From positions 1 to 64,000 of IMG/VR virus record IMGVR_UViG_3300046012_000505: a stretch of 64,000 nt of DNA; one strand, given 5' to 3'. A program made the position numbers and the translations under genes. The notes under the pieces are model-generated. The model was not told the origin of the DNA, did not search any database, and saw only the letters and a program-made list of their open reading frames with translations. The DNA is from a virus. Below, in pieces: positions 1 to 9,905 of the stretch (position 1 is the first letter of the stretch; each line of letters begins with the position of its first letter).

Positions 1-3000
1 GCGTCCGCTTGACCACGCCAGTCCATTCGAGCGACCCAGGCTCCGCACCCTCGGCGCGCTTCTTGAAGAACAGGATGTCCGTCGTCACTTCCGTGCCGGC
101 GTTCTTCTTGAACGCCGACGATGGCAGCCGGACGCCGCCGACGAAATCCGCGCGGTCGGCGAGATAGTCGCGCGCCGACGGGTCGATCTTGTTCATCGTG
201 CCGGCGCTGGTCACGAAGCCGAGCAATCCGCCCGGCCGCACGCTATCGAGCGACTTGGCGAAGAAGTAGTCGTGCAGCATGAAATTGCGCGCCGAATACT
301 TCGGATCGGACTTGATGACCGTGTCCGAGAACGGCGGGTTGCCGATGACCAGATCGAAGGTGTTGTCGGGGATCGGCGTCGCCGTGAAATCGGCGTGCCG
401 GACGCCGGATTCCGGGTATAGCAATTTCGCGATATTGGCCGTCGTGTGGTCGTATTCGATACCCTGGTACTGCGACCGGCCGGCGAGGTCAGGCGGCATC
501 ATGCCGAGGAAGTGGCCGACGCCCATTCCCGGCTCGAACACGAGCCCGCCCTTGAAGCCCATGCCCTCGACGGCATGCCACATCGACCGGATGACATGGT
601 CCGCCGTGTAGTGCGCGTACTGCGTCGACCGCTTCGCCGCGGCGTATTCCTCTGGCGTCAGCAGTTCCTTGAGTCGCGCGCCGACGGTCTCGAAACCCTT
701 GCTGAATTTGCCGTCACTACCCTCAAAGGCACCGGACAGCCCACCCCACCCGACATACTTCGCGAGCGCCGCCTGCTCCTCGCGGGTGGCGGGCCGATCC
801 TCGGCGATGATCCGTTTGGTGAGTTCGATCGCCGCGAGGTTGTCGAGCGCCTTGGTACGGGGCGAACGGCCTTCCTCTACCGCCCCCGGCTCGATGGTGA
901 AGTTTTTGCCAGCGACTTGGCTGTCCGGGGCAGGTCGTCCGGCGGTTCCGGGTTCTGCTCCGCTGACGGTGTCGGGAACTCGATCAGCGTCGCGAACACC
1001 TGCTCCTCCGCCGCCCGGAGCGCCGCCAGGTTCTTCGGCAGGCCGTTCGCCGCCTTGGGCAGGTCCGCTGTCAACTCGCCCAGCATCTCGTGGGCCTGCT
1101 CCGATTTCTGCTGCAGGTGCTGGTCGAGCAGCCCCGTCCGCCGCAGGCTCATGAACAACTGCGGGTCTTGCTGCCTCATCGCCAGCAGGTACGGCGTCTT
1201 GAAGTCCATGACCGGCCTCCTCGCCAGCAGTAGGCTCCTCTCTTGCCGCCAGCGCAAATGGCTTCTTGGTGCTACCCTCTTTGAGCCAATCCTTGAATTG
1301 GTCCATCGAGACAGCATGCAGGCCGCCGATCCGGTCAGCCGCCCTGCCGTCCGAGAAGGCGCCGTGATAGTCGGCCAGCGCTTGCTCCGGCGTGTCGTAG
1401 CCGAGCATGACCTTGTGCTCGTCGAAACGGCCGGTGTCGGCATGGACTTGATCGATGACGAACACCCGGTCCGACTTCGGGTTCGGCCCGATGAACGCGT
1501 CAACGCCCTCGCCGTCCGCGCCCCTGGTGCGCCGGATCTCGCCGTAGTCGGCAGGAAAGTCCTCGACCCGCCAGGCCGGCGGCGTCGCCTTGTCCTCGCG
1601 GACACCGCCCTTTGCCGTCTCGATCTTGATGGGCAAGCCCTGAAAATCCGCATAACCGCCCGCGGCGTTGCCGGCGGCGATCTTGGCCTTGCTCGGCTCA
1701 GGCTCGACGTGACGGCGCACGGATTCCATGTCGGCCGGCGTCTCGACCTTGACCGGGTCGCTGCGCTTGCCGGCAGCGGGCGGGCGATCGGTTACTGCGG
1801 CCGGTTCCGCCCCGCTACCGCGATCGCCCGGATCGCCAGTTTCACGTTCGCCTTGGCCGACCGGACGAGCGCCAACAACCGGCGCCGCTGGTCCGGCGTC
1901 AGGCCCGGCCGGCGCGCCGCCTCCTGGACGATTTGCAACTTCCGCCGGCTGATCGCCAGCATTTCCTGTGCGGTCGGCACTTATGCCCTCCTGATGCTGA
2001 ACATCAAACAACTCCGGGTGCATCGCGGCAAGTACGTGGTCGTATTCGTCGTTGTTCCGCTCCCACGCGCTCTGGATGCCTTCCCCTTCTGCCTGCATGG
2101 CCTCGCGCTCGTGCACGGCGGCGATGATGTCCTCCGGACCCCATCCCTCCGGCGCGTCGATGCCGAGCTCGTGCGCGCGCTCCCTGATCTGGTCATTGAA
2201 TGGCTGCTGTTCCTGCCGTGCTTCGGACCATGCTCGCGCCGCGGTCTCGTCGCGATCCGAGAACACATGCCGACCGGCGAGGTTGTCGCGCACACGCTCG
2301 AACAGGTGGTCGAGATCGGAGTTGGGAGGCGCGTTCGGGTCGTCAGGCGGCAGAAAGCCTGCCTCTTGCGCTTTCTCACGCGCCTCATCGTTGCTCATGC
2401 CGTCCGGGTTCACTAGGCGCCGGCGGAATGGCTTCTCGAGGTGCCACTTGTCCGCGTCCATCGCGCGGAACTCGCCGGTGTCGTCGCGCAGACCGCCATT
2501 AGCCAGCAGGAATTCAATCAGGTCCGTCGGGCGCTTCGGCGCCGGCTCTGCCGCGGCGCGAGGCACGCCGGCCAGCAGGTCGCCACGCCCCGGCAGCGGC
2601 GTCGCCCGCTCGGCGGCCGCCTGCGTGACCCACGTCGGCACGCCGGACGCCGGTGACCCGGCTGGCGCAGCCTGCCCCAAATCACCCAGCCGCGCGGCCT
2701 CGCGCGCCGCCACCGTGCGTGCCTGAGCGTCCGGGTCTCCGACCGTTACCTCGTCAGCCGGATGGCCGAACTTCCGGCGCAGTTCCTGCGCGGCCGCATA
2801 GTCGTCCGCCCGCTGCTCCGCCGTGCGATTCGGGTCGGTCATCGCACGGCGCTCGAGCGCATCTGCCTGCTCGATCGCCCGGATGGCGTCCTCGCCGAGG
2901 ACCGGCGTCGACGGCCGCCGCGCCGGCTGGCGCGCGTTGCGCTCACCCTCCGCCATGAGGTCGAAGGACTCCGCCTCGCTCATCGGCTGGCCGCGCATTG

Positions 3001-4642
3001 GCGCGGCGCTGGCCGCCGCGTCGACGGGGGGCGCCTCCGCGATGGTCCGCATGACGTCGGCAGCGGTGTAGTCGGCCGGCGTGCCGTCGTCGAACCGGAC
3101 GCGGACGTATTGGCCCTGGTCGCCCCAATATTGTTCCACCGTCGCGCCGCGTGGCGGCTGGCCGGGAAAGCTCAGCCCGATCCGCGTATCCGGCGCAGGA
3201 GGCGGAGGAGAACCGGGCGGCACACCGCCACCACTGGGCGCCGCTGGCTGCCAATCGTCCGGACCGGCAGCAGCGCCAGGCGTTGCCTCGTCTTCTCGCT
3301 TGCCGCGGATGCGCTCGATGCCCTTGTGAGCGCCGACAAACCCCGCACCCATGCCGGCGTTCATCGCGTAGCCTTGGGCGATCTCCTCGGGTGTCGCTGG
3401 CTTGCCCTCGGCCAGCCCCGCGGCAACCTGCTGACCGGCACCGATCGCCGGCTGCACGCCGAATATCTGCGCCAGCGCCTCGGAGACCGGTCGCTTGAGC
3501 GCTTCGACCGCGGCGCCCGTGGCGTCCTGGCCTACGGTCTTGCCGAACAGCGAAACGCCCGGCGCCAGTCCCATAGCGGTGCCAAAGGCACCGGCGATGC
3601 CGGTGTCGACCAGCGCCCGGTTCACGGCGTCGTCGTGGCTCAGGTGCTCGGACCGCGCTCGCTGATACGCCGGGGCGATCTCCTGGATCATTGATCCGAG
3701 GCCAAAACCGGCGGCGCTGCCGACCAGGGCACCAGGCGCGCCGGCGACTGCTGTGCCTGCGGCACCGCCGGCGATACCGGTTGCCAGCGACGGCGCCGAA
3801 TGACCAAGACCGTGACCGAACTGCGCTGCCCACCAGTTCGGGCTCGTCCATCCCTCGCTGATCGGAGTTTGCAGCAGCTTCCCGACATAGGAGGTATCGG
3901 GCGTTTCCTCCGGCCGGTCGGCGAACGGGGTCGCCGCCTGCGCCGCTTCCTTGCCGCCCTCTACGATACCGCGCAGGCCCGCGCGCGCGGCGGTGCCGAG
4001 GAATCCCGGATGCGGCGCTTCGTCTGCCGCGCGCGCCACCGGCGCGTGCGCGGGCGTAGCAGCCGGCGCTACCGGGGCCCAATCGTCATCAGGCGCAGCA
4101 ACGGGCTCTGGACGGCCAGCAGCAGCCACGGGACGAGGCGCCGCCGCAGGGATGACCGGCGCCCAGTCATCGGCATCGCTGGCCTCACCGCCCACTGCGC
4201 GCGGCTGACGATTCTGCGCGCGGTCATCAAAGAGGACCTTACCGTCCGGCGTGACAAGATGGTCACTGTCGTTCCAGCGCGGCGCCTTCTCAGGATCGGC
4301 CCACTGACTCTCGTTCGAAAACGTAGCGTGGTACGGCGTCTTCCAATAGTCCGGGTAGTGCAGCCGGTCATCGTTCGGGTCGATCGCCGATTTCGCCTTC
4401 GGATCACCGGCCTGCAGCGCGCTCCAGAAACCACGCATATCGTAGTCAGCGTGCGGGCTCGGGTCGAAAGGGACACTATGCTCGCGCACCCAACTCTGAA
4501 ACTTCGCCTCATCCTCCGGAGGTAACGCGGTCTGATAGCTATCGGCGCGCTTCGCCCACGCCATGTTCCGGTCAAACGGCCGCACCAACGCACCGGCATC
4601 GACCGGCGCGTTGAGCCCAGAGTCGTCCACCCCGTCAGCCAT
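1..4642 (-). CDS. Giant DarB-like polyvalent virion/ejection protein, 3' end outside window: N-terminal domain, Ala/Pro linkers, InPase-like domain (~1270-1660), N6-adenine methyltransferase domain (<900)
   Basis: ATG at 4642 overlaps the upstream TGA; same frame as the MTase at the window edge and open in the stretches checked. Motifs AKYVGWGG, LEPGMGVGHF, VIGNPPF, RLPSSAFKKNAGTEVTTDILF; InPase-like DYGEIRRTRGADGEGVDAFIG...FDEHKVMLG. Confidence 0.85.
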   Translation of the reverse strand, partial: MADGVDDSGLNAPVDAGALVRPFDRNMAWAKRADSYQTALPPEDEAKFQSWVREHSVPFDPSPHADYDMRGFWSALQAGDPKAKSAIDPNDDRLHYPDYWKTPYHATFSNESQWADPEKAPRWNDSDHLVTPDGKVLFDDRAQNRQPRAVGGEASDADDWAPVIPAAAPRPVAAAGRPEPVAAPDDDWAPVAPAATPAHAPVARAADEAPHPGFLGTAARAGLRGIVEGGKEAAQAATPFADRPEETPDTSYVGKLLQTPISEGWTSPNWWAAQFGHGLGHSAPSLATGIAGGAAGTAVAGAPGALVGSAAGFGLGSMIQEIAPAYQRARSEHLSHDDAVNRALVDTGIAGAFGTAMGLAPGVSLFGKTVGQDATGAAVEALKRPVSEALAQIFGVQPAIGAGQQVAAGLAEGKPATPEEIAQGYAMNAGMGAGFVGAHKGIERIRGKREDEATPGAAAGPDDWQPAAPSGGGVPPGSPPPPAPDTRIGLSFPGQPPRGATVEQYWGDQGQYVRVRFDDGTPADYTAADVMRTIAEAPPVDAAASAAPMRGQPMSEAESFDLMAEGERNARQPARRPSTPVLGEDAIRAIEQADALERRAMTDPNRTAEQRADDYAAAQELRRKFGHPADEVTVGDPDAQARTVAAREAARLGDLGQAAPAGSPASGVPTWVTQAAAERATPLPGRGDLLAGVPRAAAEPAPKRPTDLIEFLLANGGLRDDTGEFRAMDADKWHLEKPFRRRLVNPDGMSNDEAREKAQEAGFLPPDDPNAPPNSDLDHLFERVRDNLAGRHVFSDRDETAARAWSEARQEQQPFNDQIRERAHELGIDAPEGWGPEDIIAAVHEREAMQAEGEGIQSAWERNNDEYDHVLAAMHPELFDVQHQEGISADRTGNAGDQPAEVANRPGGGAPAGPDAGPAAPVVGARPVGQGERETGDPGDRGSGAEPAAVTDRPPAAGKRSDPVKVETPADMESVRRHVEPEPSKAKIAAGNAAGGYADFQGLPIKIETAKGGVREDKATPPAWRVEDFPADYGEIRRTRGADGEGVDAFIGPNPKSDRVFVIDQVHADTGRFDEHKVMLGYDTPEQALADYHGAFSDGRAADRIGGLHAVSMDQFKDWLKEGSTKKPFALAAREEPTAGEEAGHGLQDAVPAGDEAARPAVVHEPAADGAARPAPAAEIGAGPRDAGRVDSGPAQGGERPAEEPGGAPGGGGAGVRDADRVPDTVSGAEPGTAGRPAPDSQVAGKNFTIEPGAVEEGRSPRTKALDNLAAIELTKRIIAEDRPATREEQAALAKYVGWGGLSGAFEGSDGKFSKGFETVGARLKELLTPEEYAAAKRSTQYAHYTADHVIRSMWHAVEGMGFKGGLVFEPGMGVGHFLGMMPPDLAGRSQYQGIEYDHTTANIAKLLYPESGVRHADFTATPIPDNTFDLVIGNPPFSDTVIKSDPKYSARNFMLHDYFFAKSLDSVRPGGLLGFVTSAGTMNKIDPSARDYLADRADFVGGVRLPSSAFKKNAGTEVTTDILFFKKRAEGAEPGSLEWTGVVKRT
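877..1209 (-). CDS. Overprinted TnpV-like small protein inside the DarB-like gene (alternate frame)
   Basis: AGGAGG 6 nt before ATG; MDFKTPYLLAMRQQDPQLFMSLRRTGLLDQHLQQKSEQA...RAAEEQVFATLIEFP resembles TnpV; host frame is low-complexity linker here. Confidence 0.65.
   Translation of the reverse strand: MDFKTPYLLAMRQQDPQLFMSLRRTGLLDQHLQQKSEQAHEMLGELTADLPKAANGLPKNLAALRAAEEQVFATLIEFPTPSAEQNPEPPDDLPRTAKSLAKTSPSSRGR
1792..1980 (-). CDS. Overprinted small basic helical protein inside the DarB-like gene
   Basis: AGGAGG 6 nt before GTG; amphipathic 62 aa; host frame open and low complexity. Confidence 0.5.
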   Translation of the reverse strand: MPTAQEMLAISRRKLQIVQEAARRPGLTPDQRRRLLALVRSAKANVKLAIRAIAVAGRNRPQ

Positions 4643-7600
4643 CACTCAACCGGGTTGCCAGTGGCGTCGTAGATTTTTCCAGTGGCCCTGTCCCGGAATT
4701 GGCGGCGTCCCGCGCTCCAATCGAGGTTCGGGGCAATGTCGGCAAGCGGCGCCGGTATCTGCGGACGAGCGGCAGGCGCGGCGGCCGTAGCCACGCCTGG
4801 AGCGGACGCCGGGGCAGCGCCGAGGCCGTAGTACGATCGCCACTTGTTCAGCGTGCCCACCGGATCGCCGACGCCGCCGACATCGCCCTTCGACGCTTCG
4901 ACGGCCAGCTTCTCTTGTGCCTGGTGGAGCATCTGCGCGTGCGTACCGGCCGGATCCTTGATGATTGCGAGCGCTTCCTGCGCCGTTTTGGCCGCGCCGC
5001 TATCCATGAGCGTCTTCACCAGCGCCTGCGTCATGCCGGCGTTGCCGCCAGCCTTTCCGGTGATCGATGAGCCCGGGTGGAATACCGGCTTCTCGTCGCC
5101 CTTGGTCGGCAACTGCCACATGCCGGTAACCGGCTGTCCCGACTCCGGGTCGGTGTCCGTGCCCGGCTGCCACTGGTAGCGGCCCATGTTGAGCAGTCCA
5201 GCGTGGTAATCTGCCAGTTCGTGATCGCGCTGCGCCTCGCGCGTGGCTTGGTCCTGCCGCACGCCGAGCTCGCCGCGATGATAGCCAGCAAGTTCATCGA
5301 GCTTCTTCGCCTCGAGCTCGTAGCCCTGCTTCCGGGCTGCGATCTCGTCCTTGCGGTACTGCGCCTCTGTGTCGAGCTTCTGCTGCTCGCGACCGGTCTG
5401 CTGCTGCTCGGCGATCGACTTCAGCCCGTGCTGCAACCCTTCGCCGACGGCGCCGAGCGCCTGCGGGTTGCGGCTCGCGGCCATACCCGCGCCGGCGGTA
5501 GCGAGCGCGAGCCACAGATTGGCGTTCCCGAAGCCGGACGGTGCCGGGTGCGAAGGCGCGGTAGGCTCGGCGGCCGCCGTCGTTGATGGGCCGGCGCTGA
5601 AGCCTGACGGTGCCGGCGGGAACGTGCCCTCGTGCGGCCGGTCGTCATCGCCGGGTGCCCCAAGGCCGCCTGGACCCCACTCGATATCGCCAACTCGGAC
5701 CATGCGACCGCGCCCGGAGACAGGGTCCCCCTGCCAGGTGAGAGTATTGGGATCGATATCGCTGATCGCGCCAGCCTTCGACCCGGGCAGCGGGCCATCG
5801 GTCTGCTGCCCAGAGAACCGCTGCAGGTCCGCCGCTATCGCCTTCTGTTGCGGAGAGAGCGGCGGGCGCGACGGGTCATAAAGTCCATCAGTAGCAGCGC
5901 GCCGCGCCGCCACCCTTGCAACCGCCGCCGGCGATGGCGTCGCGTCAACGCCCATGTCGACGCCGGGCATATTCATCTCCGGGCGGCCATACCGCACGGC
6001 ATCGTCGACAACGGCTGGATCGACGTCATCGCGAGTCGTCGGCGCGAAGCCACGCAGCGGGACCGGCGCGGCGTCAGGCGCGGGCGCCAGTTCGGCAGCT
6101 GACGCGACACCGGCAGGCACTGCCGGCATGCCATCGCGCATCGCCAGAGACGTCGGATGCCCCTCCGGAACGTCCGGAACATCATGGAACAGATTTGGCG
6201 TATTTGCCGGGTTGAAGGCGCGGGCGGCGCCGTGATAGATCGCGCTTCCAACATCCCCGAACCAGTCGCCCGGGTTGACAGGCGGCCGAGAACCCTTGAA
6301 ACCAGCAGGCAGCGTCGGCCCGACGAACGGCACCACATCCGGCTCCGGGCCGAACGTGTCGGCGAAATCGATATCCCCGCCGTCGGCAAACCCAGCGCGC
6401 CCGCCGCGCCGCATGCCGCCGGTCGGCATCGGCGCCGGGGCAAATCCGCTCGGCGCCGACGCGAAGGCCGTCGGCCCCATCTGTTGGTCCGCGCCCGGAT
6501 TCATCGTCTTCGCCGCCATTGCGCGGCGTAGCATCGCGCCCTGCGGCGTCGACGCCGGAACGCGCATCGAAAGCTCGCGCAGTTTCTCGATCGGCATCTG
6601 CGTGTAGTTCTGGTAGGAGCTCTGAAGATTGGCGTTGCCGGCGAACCCGCCGCCAGGCGCCATTGCAGCCGTGCTGACGTCGCCGCCTACATCGAAGTGA
6701 TGGCGCCGACGCACTGTCCCGCCATACCGCTTGCTGTTGTGGACGCGGAATCCGCCGGCGACGTAGGTATGCAGCCCCTCGACCGTAAGGTTGTAGACGT
6801 CATGCACACCATCGGCTCGGGCGATCCGCTCGACCACATGCAGGCCACCATTCCCAAGCGTCAGTTCGTCGCCCGGATTGATCGAGTCCGCGTCGACCCA
6901 GTCACCGCCGCCGGAAAGGAACGGATGCTCGCCCGTCGCGAGAACGAGCCCGTCAATCGAATAGACGGAATGGTTCTCGTGCTTCATCACGTCAGTGACG
7001 GCGCGAGACTCAAGGGCCGAGCCACGATGATCGGCGAACGCTGCGACCAGATCGCCGACGACGATATCCGCTATCGGGCGACTCGTTCCGTCGGCCATGA
7101 GAATGAGAGTCTCGCCGGTGAAGCAGCCGTCTCCGCCGCCGCCGTCGCCGCCGCCATCTCCCCCGCCGCCATCACCCCCGCCGCCGCCGCCACCACCAGC
7201 ATCGGCGCCAGTGCCGCCACCGCCGGCCTCGCCGCCGACGCCGCCCTCGCCATGGCCCGAGCCCGTGCCACTTTCGCCGCCGCCGTTGCCCACCCCGCCT
7301 GCGCCATTGTCGCCGCCAGGCGAACTTCCGACGCCGCCGGGACCTCCCTGCGTCCCGCCTTGCGCATTGTCCGCGCCTACCGAACCGGAGCCTACTCCGG
7401 CGCCATCGGTAGCGCCCGGAGCGCCTTCGCTGTCGACGCCGCCAGCGGATCCCTTCGGGCCCATCGGTTCCGGGCCGCCGAAGACGGAATTGGCCGGCGT
7501 CGGCGGGTCGATCGCGTGACCGATCGTTGCTCCAAGAGACCGGCCGGCGATGGCACCGACAGGACCAAGCAGACCACCGCCGATCGTCGATCCGATGTCC

Positions 7601-9354
7601 CTGCCGATCCCGACCGGGCTTGTGTCGATCCCGATGCTGTCGAGCGCGCTACCGAGGGACATGCCACCCCCCGACGTTGCCCCGCCACCCATGCCGCCCG
7701 CCGGACCGCTGCCGCTGCCGGGATCGCCGCCGCCGGTCGACGTGACCGGCAATCCGGTTGGCGACGCGCTCGCGCCCGTCGCCGCGGGCGAACCAGCCGG
7801 CGGCGTCGTGAACGGCGCGCTGCTCGGAGGCGGCGGCGAATAGTACGACGTCGGATTGATGTCGAGATTTCCGGACGGCGCCCCTCCCGTTCCGGAACCG
7901 CCGCCCGAAGGCACGCCCAGAATCGGGATCGGGATGCCGCGGCCAGGCGACGGCATGAACCCGGAGACGAGACCGATGCCGTTCGCATCTGCGAACCCAC
8001 CTTCCGCGAATCCGCGCCGCACGGCCCCGCCGCGACGAAAATCCGTCGGTACGGCACTGTCCAGCCATGAGACATCGCCGCCGCCGAACCCACCGAGCGA
8101 CCCGCTGACATCGCCGCCGAACCATCCGGCGCCAGCCGACTGACCGCTGGTCGCCGCCTCTGCGGCACCCGCCGACGATCCGCCCGAATCGAACGGCACG
8201 TTCGGACCGTTGTTCGGCCGCAGATTCATTCCGCTGACAGCCTTGGCAGCCGCGAGGGGGTCACCTGCCTCGTATGGCGGCGGAAATGCCGGCGGCCCCT
8301 TGCCGCGCGGTCCCGGCGGCAGATCCGGAATGAACGAGATCGACATATCAGGGATGTCGTGATGCGGCCCGACGAAACCACCGGCCGCACGGTGCGGAAT
8401 GCGACCGCCGCGAGCGGCGAACAGGTTCGTCAGCCACCCGTTCGACCCGAATCCGCCTGTGCCACCGATGACGCCAAGGGCACCGAGCCCCAGCCCGGCA
8501 ATCTGCCCAGTCGTGCTCGGCGCCGGCGATGTCGTCGTGCTCGTGCCGCCGCTATTCCCCCCGATGCCCTCGGTGATATTCGCGAGGTAATTGGTGGTCT
8601 GGAACGGATATGCCTGCCGCTGCAGGAACTGCTCGTACGGGATGTTGATTTCCGACTGCGCCAGTTGCTGCTGGAGCGCGCCGGTCTGCAATTGAGCCGA
8701 CGCGCCGGACAGCGCCGAATTCTGCGCTTCGTTGCCGAGCGCGCCAAACTGCGACGCCGCGTTCTCGGCGAGCCAGTTCTGCGCCTCCTGGGCACCAACG
8801 CCGGTTTGCTGCTCCGTGTTGAACTCGCCGAGCGCCTGGCTGTAGCCTTGGTTTCGCAGCCCGGCGAGGGTCTGGTCCTCGGCGAGCTTCTGCTGCCGCG
8901 CGAGCTCGCCCTGCGCCACGCCCGCGCGGTCACCACCCCATGCACCCTTCGCGATCGCGTTGCCGACGACACCCTGCTGCTGCTCGGCGTTGCTTTCGTC
9001 GATATTGGCGCGCGTCGTGTTGACGACGTCGTTCGTGTACGGCGACTCGTACTGCTGGACAGCCTGCGGCGAGAATGCGGTCGGCGTGACCGGAGTCGTG
9101 CCGGACGACGCAAACCCAGCCGCGGCGTTGATGTACGGGTTGGCCGCCCCTTGCGCATTATTGACGGTGTCGAACGCCTGCTGTTGCGCGGGCGTAAACC
9201 CGGCAACCATCGGGCCGGTGTACTGCTGCAACGGCGCATTGGCCGCCGTGGTCGCGCGCGAGACGACGTTGTTGTAGTTGTCGAGGACGCTCTGCGGCGG
9301 TCCCGACGTCGATGAGACTTGCTGGGTGCCGCCGCCGCTTGAGCCCTTGCACAC
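4642..9354 (-). CDS. Internal virion/DNA ejection protein, Gly-rich, with a Hint (mini-intein) domain at 6736-7125
   Basis: GTG start after GGAG; Gln/Ala-rich N-terminus (YESPYTNDVV, GAWGGDR) typical of podophage ejection proteins; CFTGET...TGEHPF...VYNLTVEGLHTYVAGGFRVHN|S. Confidence 0.8.
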   Translation of the reverse strand: MCKGSSGGGTQQVSSTSGPPQSVLDNYNNVVSRATTAANAPLQQYTGPMVAGFTPAQQQAFDTVNNAQGAANPYINAAAGFASSGTTPVTPTAFSPQAVQQYESPYTNDVVNTTRANIDESNAEQQQGVVGNAIAKGAWGGDRAGVAQGELARQQKLAEDQTLAGLRNQGYSQALGEFNTEQQTGVGAQEAQNWLAENAASQFGALGNEAQNSALSGASAQLQTGALQQQLAQSEINIPYEQFLQRQAYPFQTTNYLANITEGIGGNSGGTSTTTSPAPSTTGQIAGLGLGALGVIGGTGGFGSNGWLTNLFAARGGRIPHRAAGGFVGPHHDIPDMSISFIPDLPPGPRGKGPPAFPPPYEAGDPLAAAKAVSGMNLRPNNGPNVPFDSGGSSAGAAEAATSGQSAGAGWFGGDVSGSLGGFGGGDVSWLDSAVPTDFRRGGAVRRGFAEGGFADANGIGLVSGFMPSPGRGIPIPILGVPSGGGSGTGGAPSGNLDINPTSYYSPPPPSSAPFTTPPAGSPAATGASASPTGLPVTSTGGGDPGSGSGPAGGMGGGATSGGGMSLGSALDSIGIDTSPVGIGRDIGSTIGGGLLGPVGAIAGRSLGATIGHAIDPPTPANSVFGGPEPMGPKGSAGGVDSEGAPGATDGAGVGSGSVGADNAQGGTQGGPGGVGSSPGGDNGAGGVGNGGGESGTGSGHGEGGVGGEAGGGGTGADAGGGGGGGGDGGGGDGGGDGGGGDGCFTGETLILMADGTSRPIADIVVGDLVAAFADHRGSALESRAVTDVMKHENHSVYSIDGLVLATGEHPFLSGGGDWVDADSINPGDELTLGNGGLHVVERIARADGVHDVYNLTVEGLHTYVAGGFRVHNSKRYGGTVRRRHHFDVGGDVSTAAMAPGGGFAGNANLQSSYQNYTQMPIEKLRELSMRVPASTPQGAMLRRAMAAKTMNPGADQQMGPTAFASAPSGFAPAPMPTGGMRRGGRAGFADGGDIDFADTFGPEPDVVPFVGPTLPAGFKGSRPPVNPGDWFGDVGSAIYHGAARAFNPANTPNLFHDVPDVPEGHPTSLAMRDGMPAVPAGVASAAELAPAPDAAPVPLRGFAPTTRDDVDPAVVDDAVRYGRPEMNMPGVDMGVDATPSPAAVARVAARRAATDGLYDPSRPPLSPQQKAIAADLQRFSGQQTDGPLPGSKAGAISDIDPNTLTWQGDPVSGRGRMVRVGDIEWGPGGLGAPGDDDRPHEGTFPPAPSGFSAGPSTTAAAEPTAPSHPAPSGFGNANLWLALATAGAGMAASRNPQALGAVGEGLQHGLKSIAEQQQTGREQQKLDTEAQYRKDEIAARKQGYELEAKKLDELAGYHRGELGVRQDQATREAQRDHELADYHAGLLNMGRYQWQPGTDTDPESGQPVTGMWQLPTKGDEKPVFHPGSSITGKAGGNAGMTQALVKTLMDSGAAKTAQEALAIIKDPAGTHAQMLHQAQEKLAVEASKGDVGGVGDPVGTLNKWRSYYGLGAAPASAPGVATAAAPAARPQIPAPLADIAPNLDWSAGRRQFRDRATGKIYDATGNPVE

Positions 9355-9567
9355 GGATGGTCGCTCCAACTGAGCAACCCATCAGCAAGCGCTGCAAGAA
9401 ATGGGAAGGATTATCGACCGGACCGGCGGCGCGCCGATCGGGGAGATGGCTATTGTACGGCGATGCGAGGTCGCGCGCAACTGCGCGGTCGGGGATTTGA
9501 CTTTTCTGGAAATGCGCGCTCTGATTGCGCCGGTGTGCAGCAACGAACCATGCGAGCGAGATTCAAT

Positions 9568-9903
9568 ATGAGAACATTTCTGGTCTGCTCTCTTGCCGTC
9601 GCGCTGGCCGGATGCGGCCTCATGAAGGCCAACGAGACGTCCCGCATGGACGCTACGCAGATACAGCAGGTGACGAACTACGATCTATGCAACCGCTATG
9701 TGAACAGTCGGGTGGCCGACATTGAGCGCGACAGGCGCGGGCTCGGAAATTGCCGCTCGCCGGACGACGCGATCAACCGAGCGACCTACATGCAACTCGT
9801 CCCGGTCGGCGCGCAATTGGCCGTGCCGCAACGACCCGCCGTGTCGACGGCAACGTGCAACTCGGTCGGTGGCACGCTGTTCTGCACCGGAGTGACGCAG
9901 TAG
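9568..9903 (+). CDS. Lipoprotein, antisense to the late operon (moron-like)
   Basis: Signal peptide with lipobox LAGC. Confidence 0.6.
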   Translation: MRTFLVCSLAVALAGCGLMKANETSRMDATQIQQVTNYDLCNRYVNSRVADIERDRRGLGNCRSPDDAINRATYMQLVPVGAQLAVPQRPAVSTATCNSVGGTLFCTGVTQ

Positions 9904-9905
9904 CC

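Noticed and set aside
446-2416. 656-aa plus-strand ORF and other long antisense ORFs (e.g. 6697-8070, 22432-23871)
   Set aside because: Shadow frames of GC-rich minus-strand genes; no motifs.
7130-7350. (GGC)n-rich repeat tract
   Set aside because: Encodes the poly-Gly linker; not an independent repeat element.
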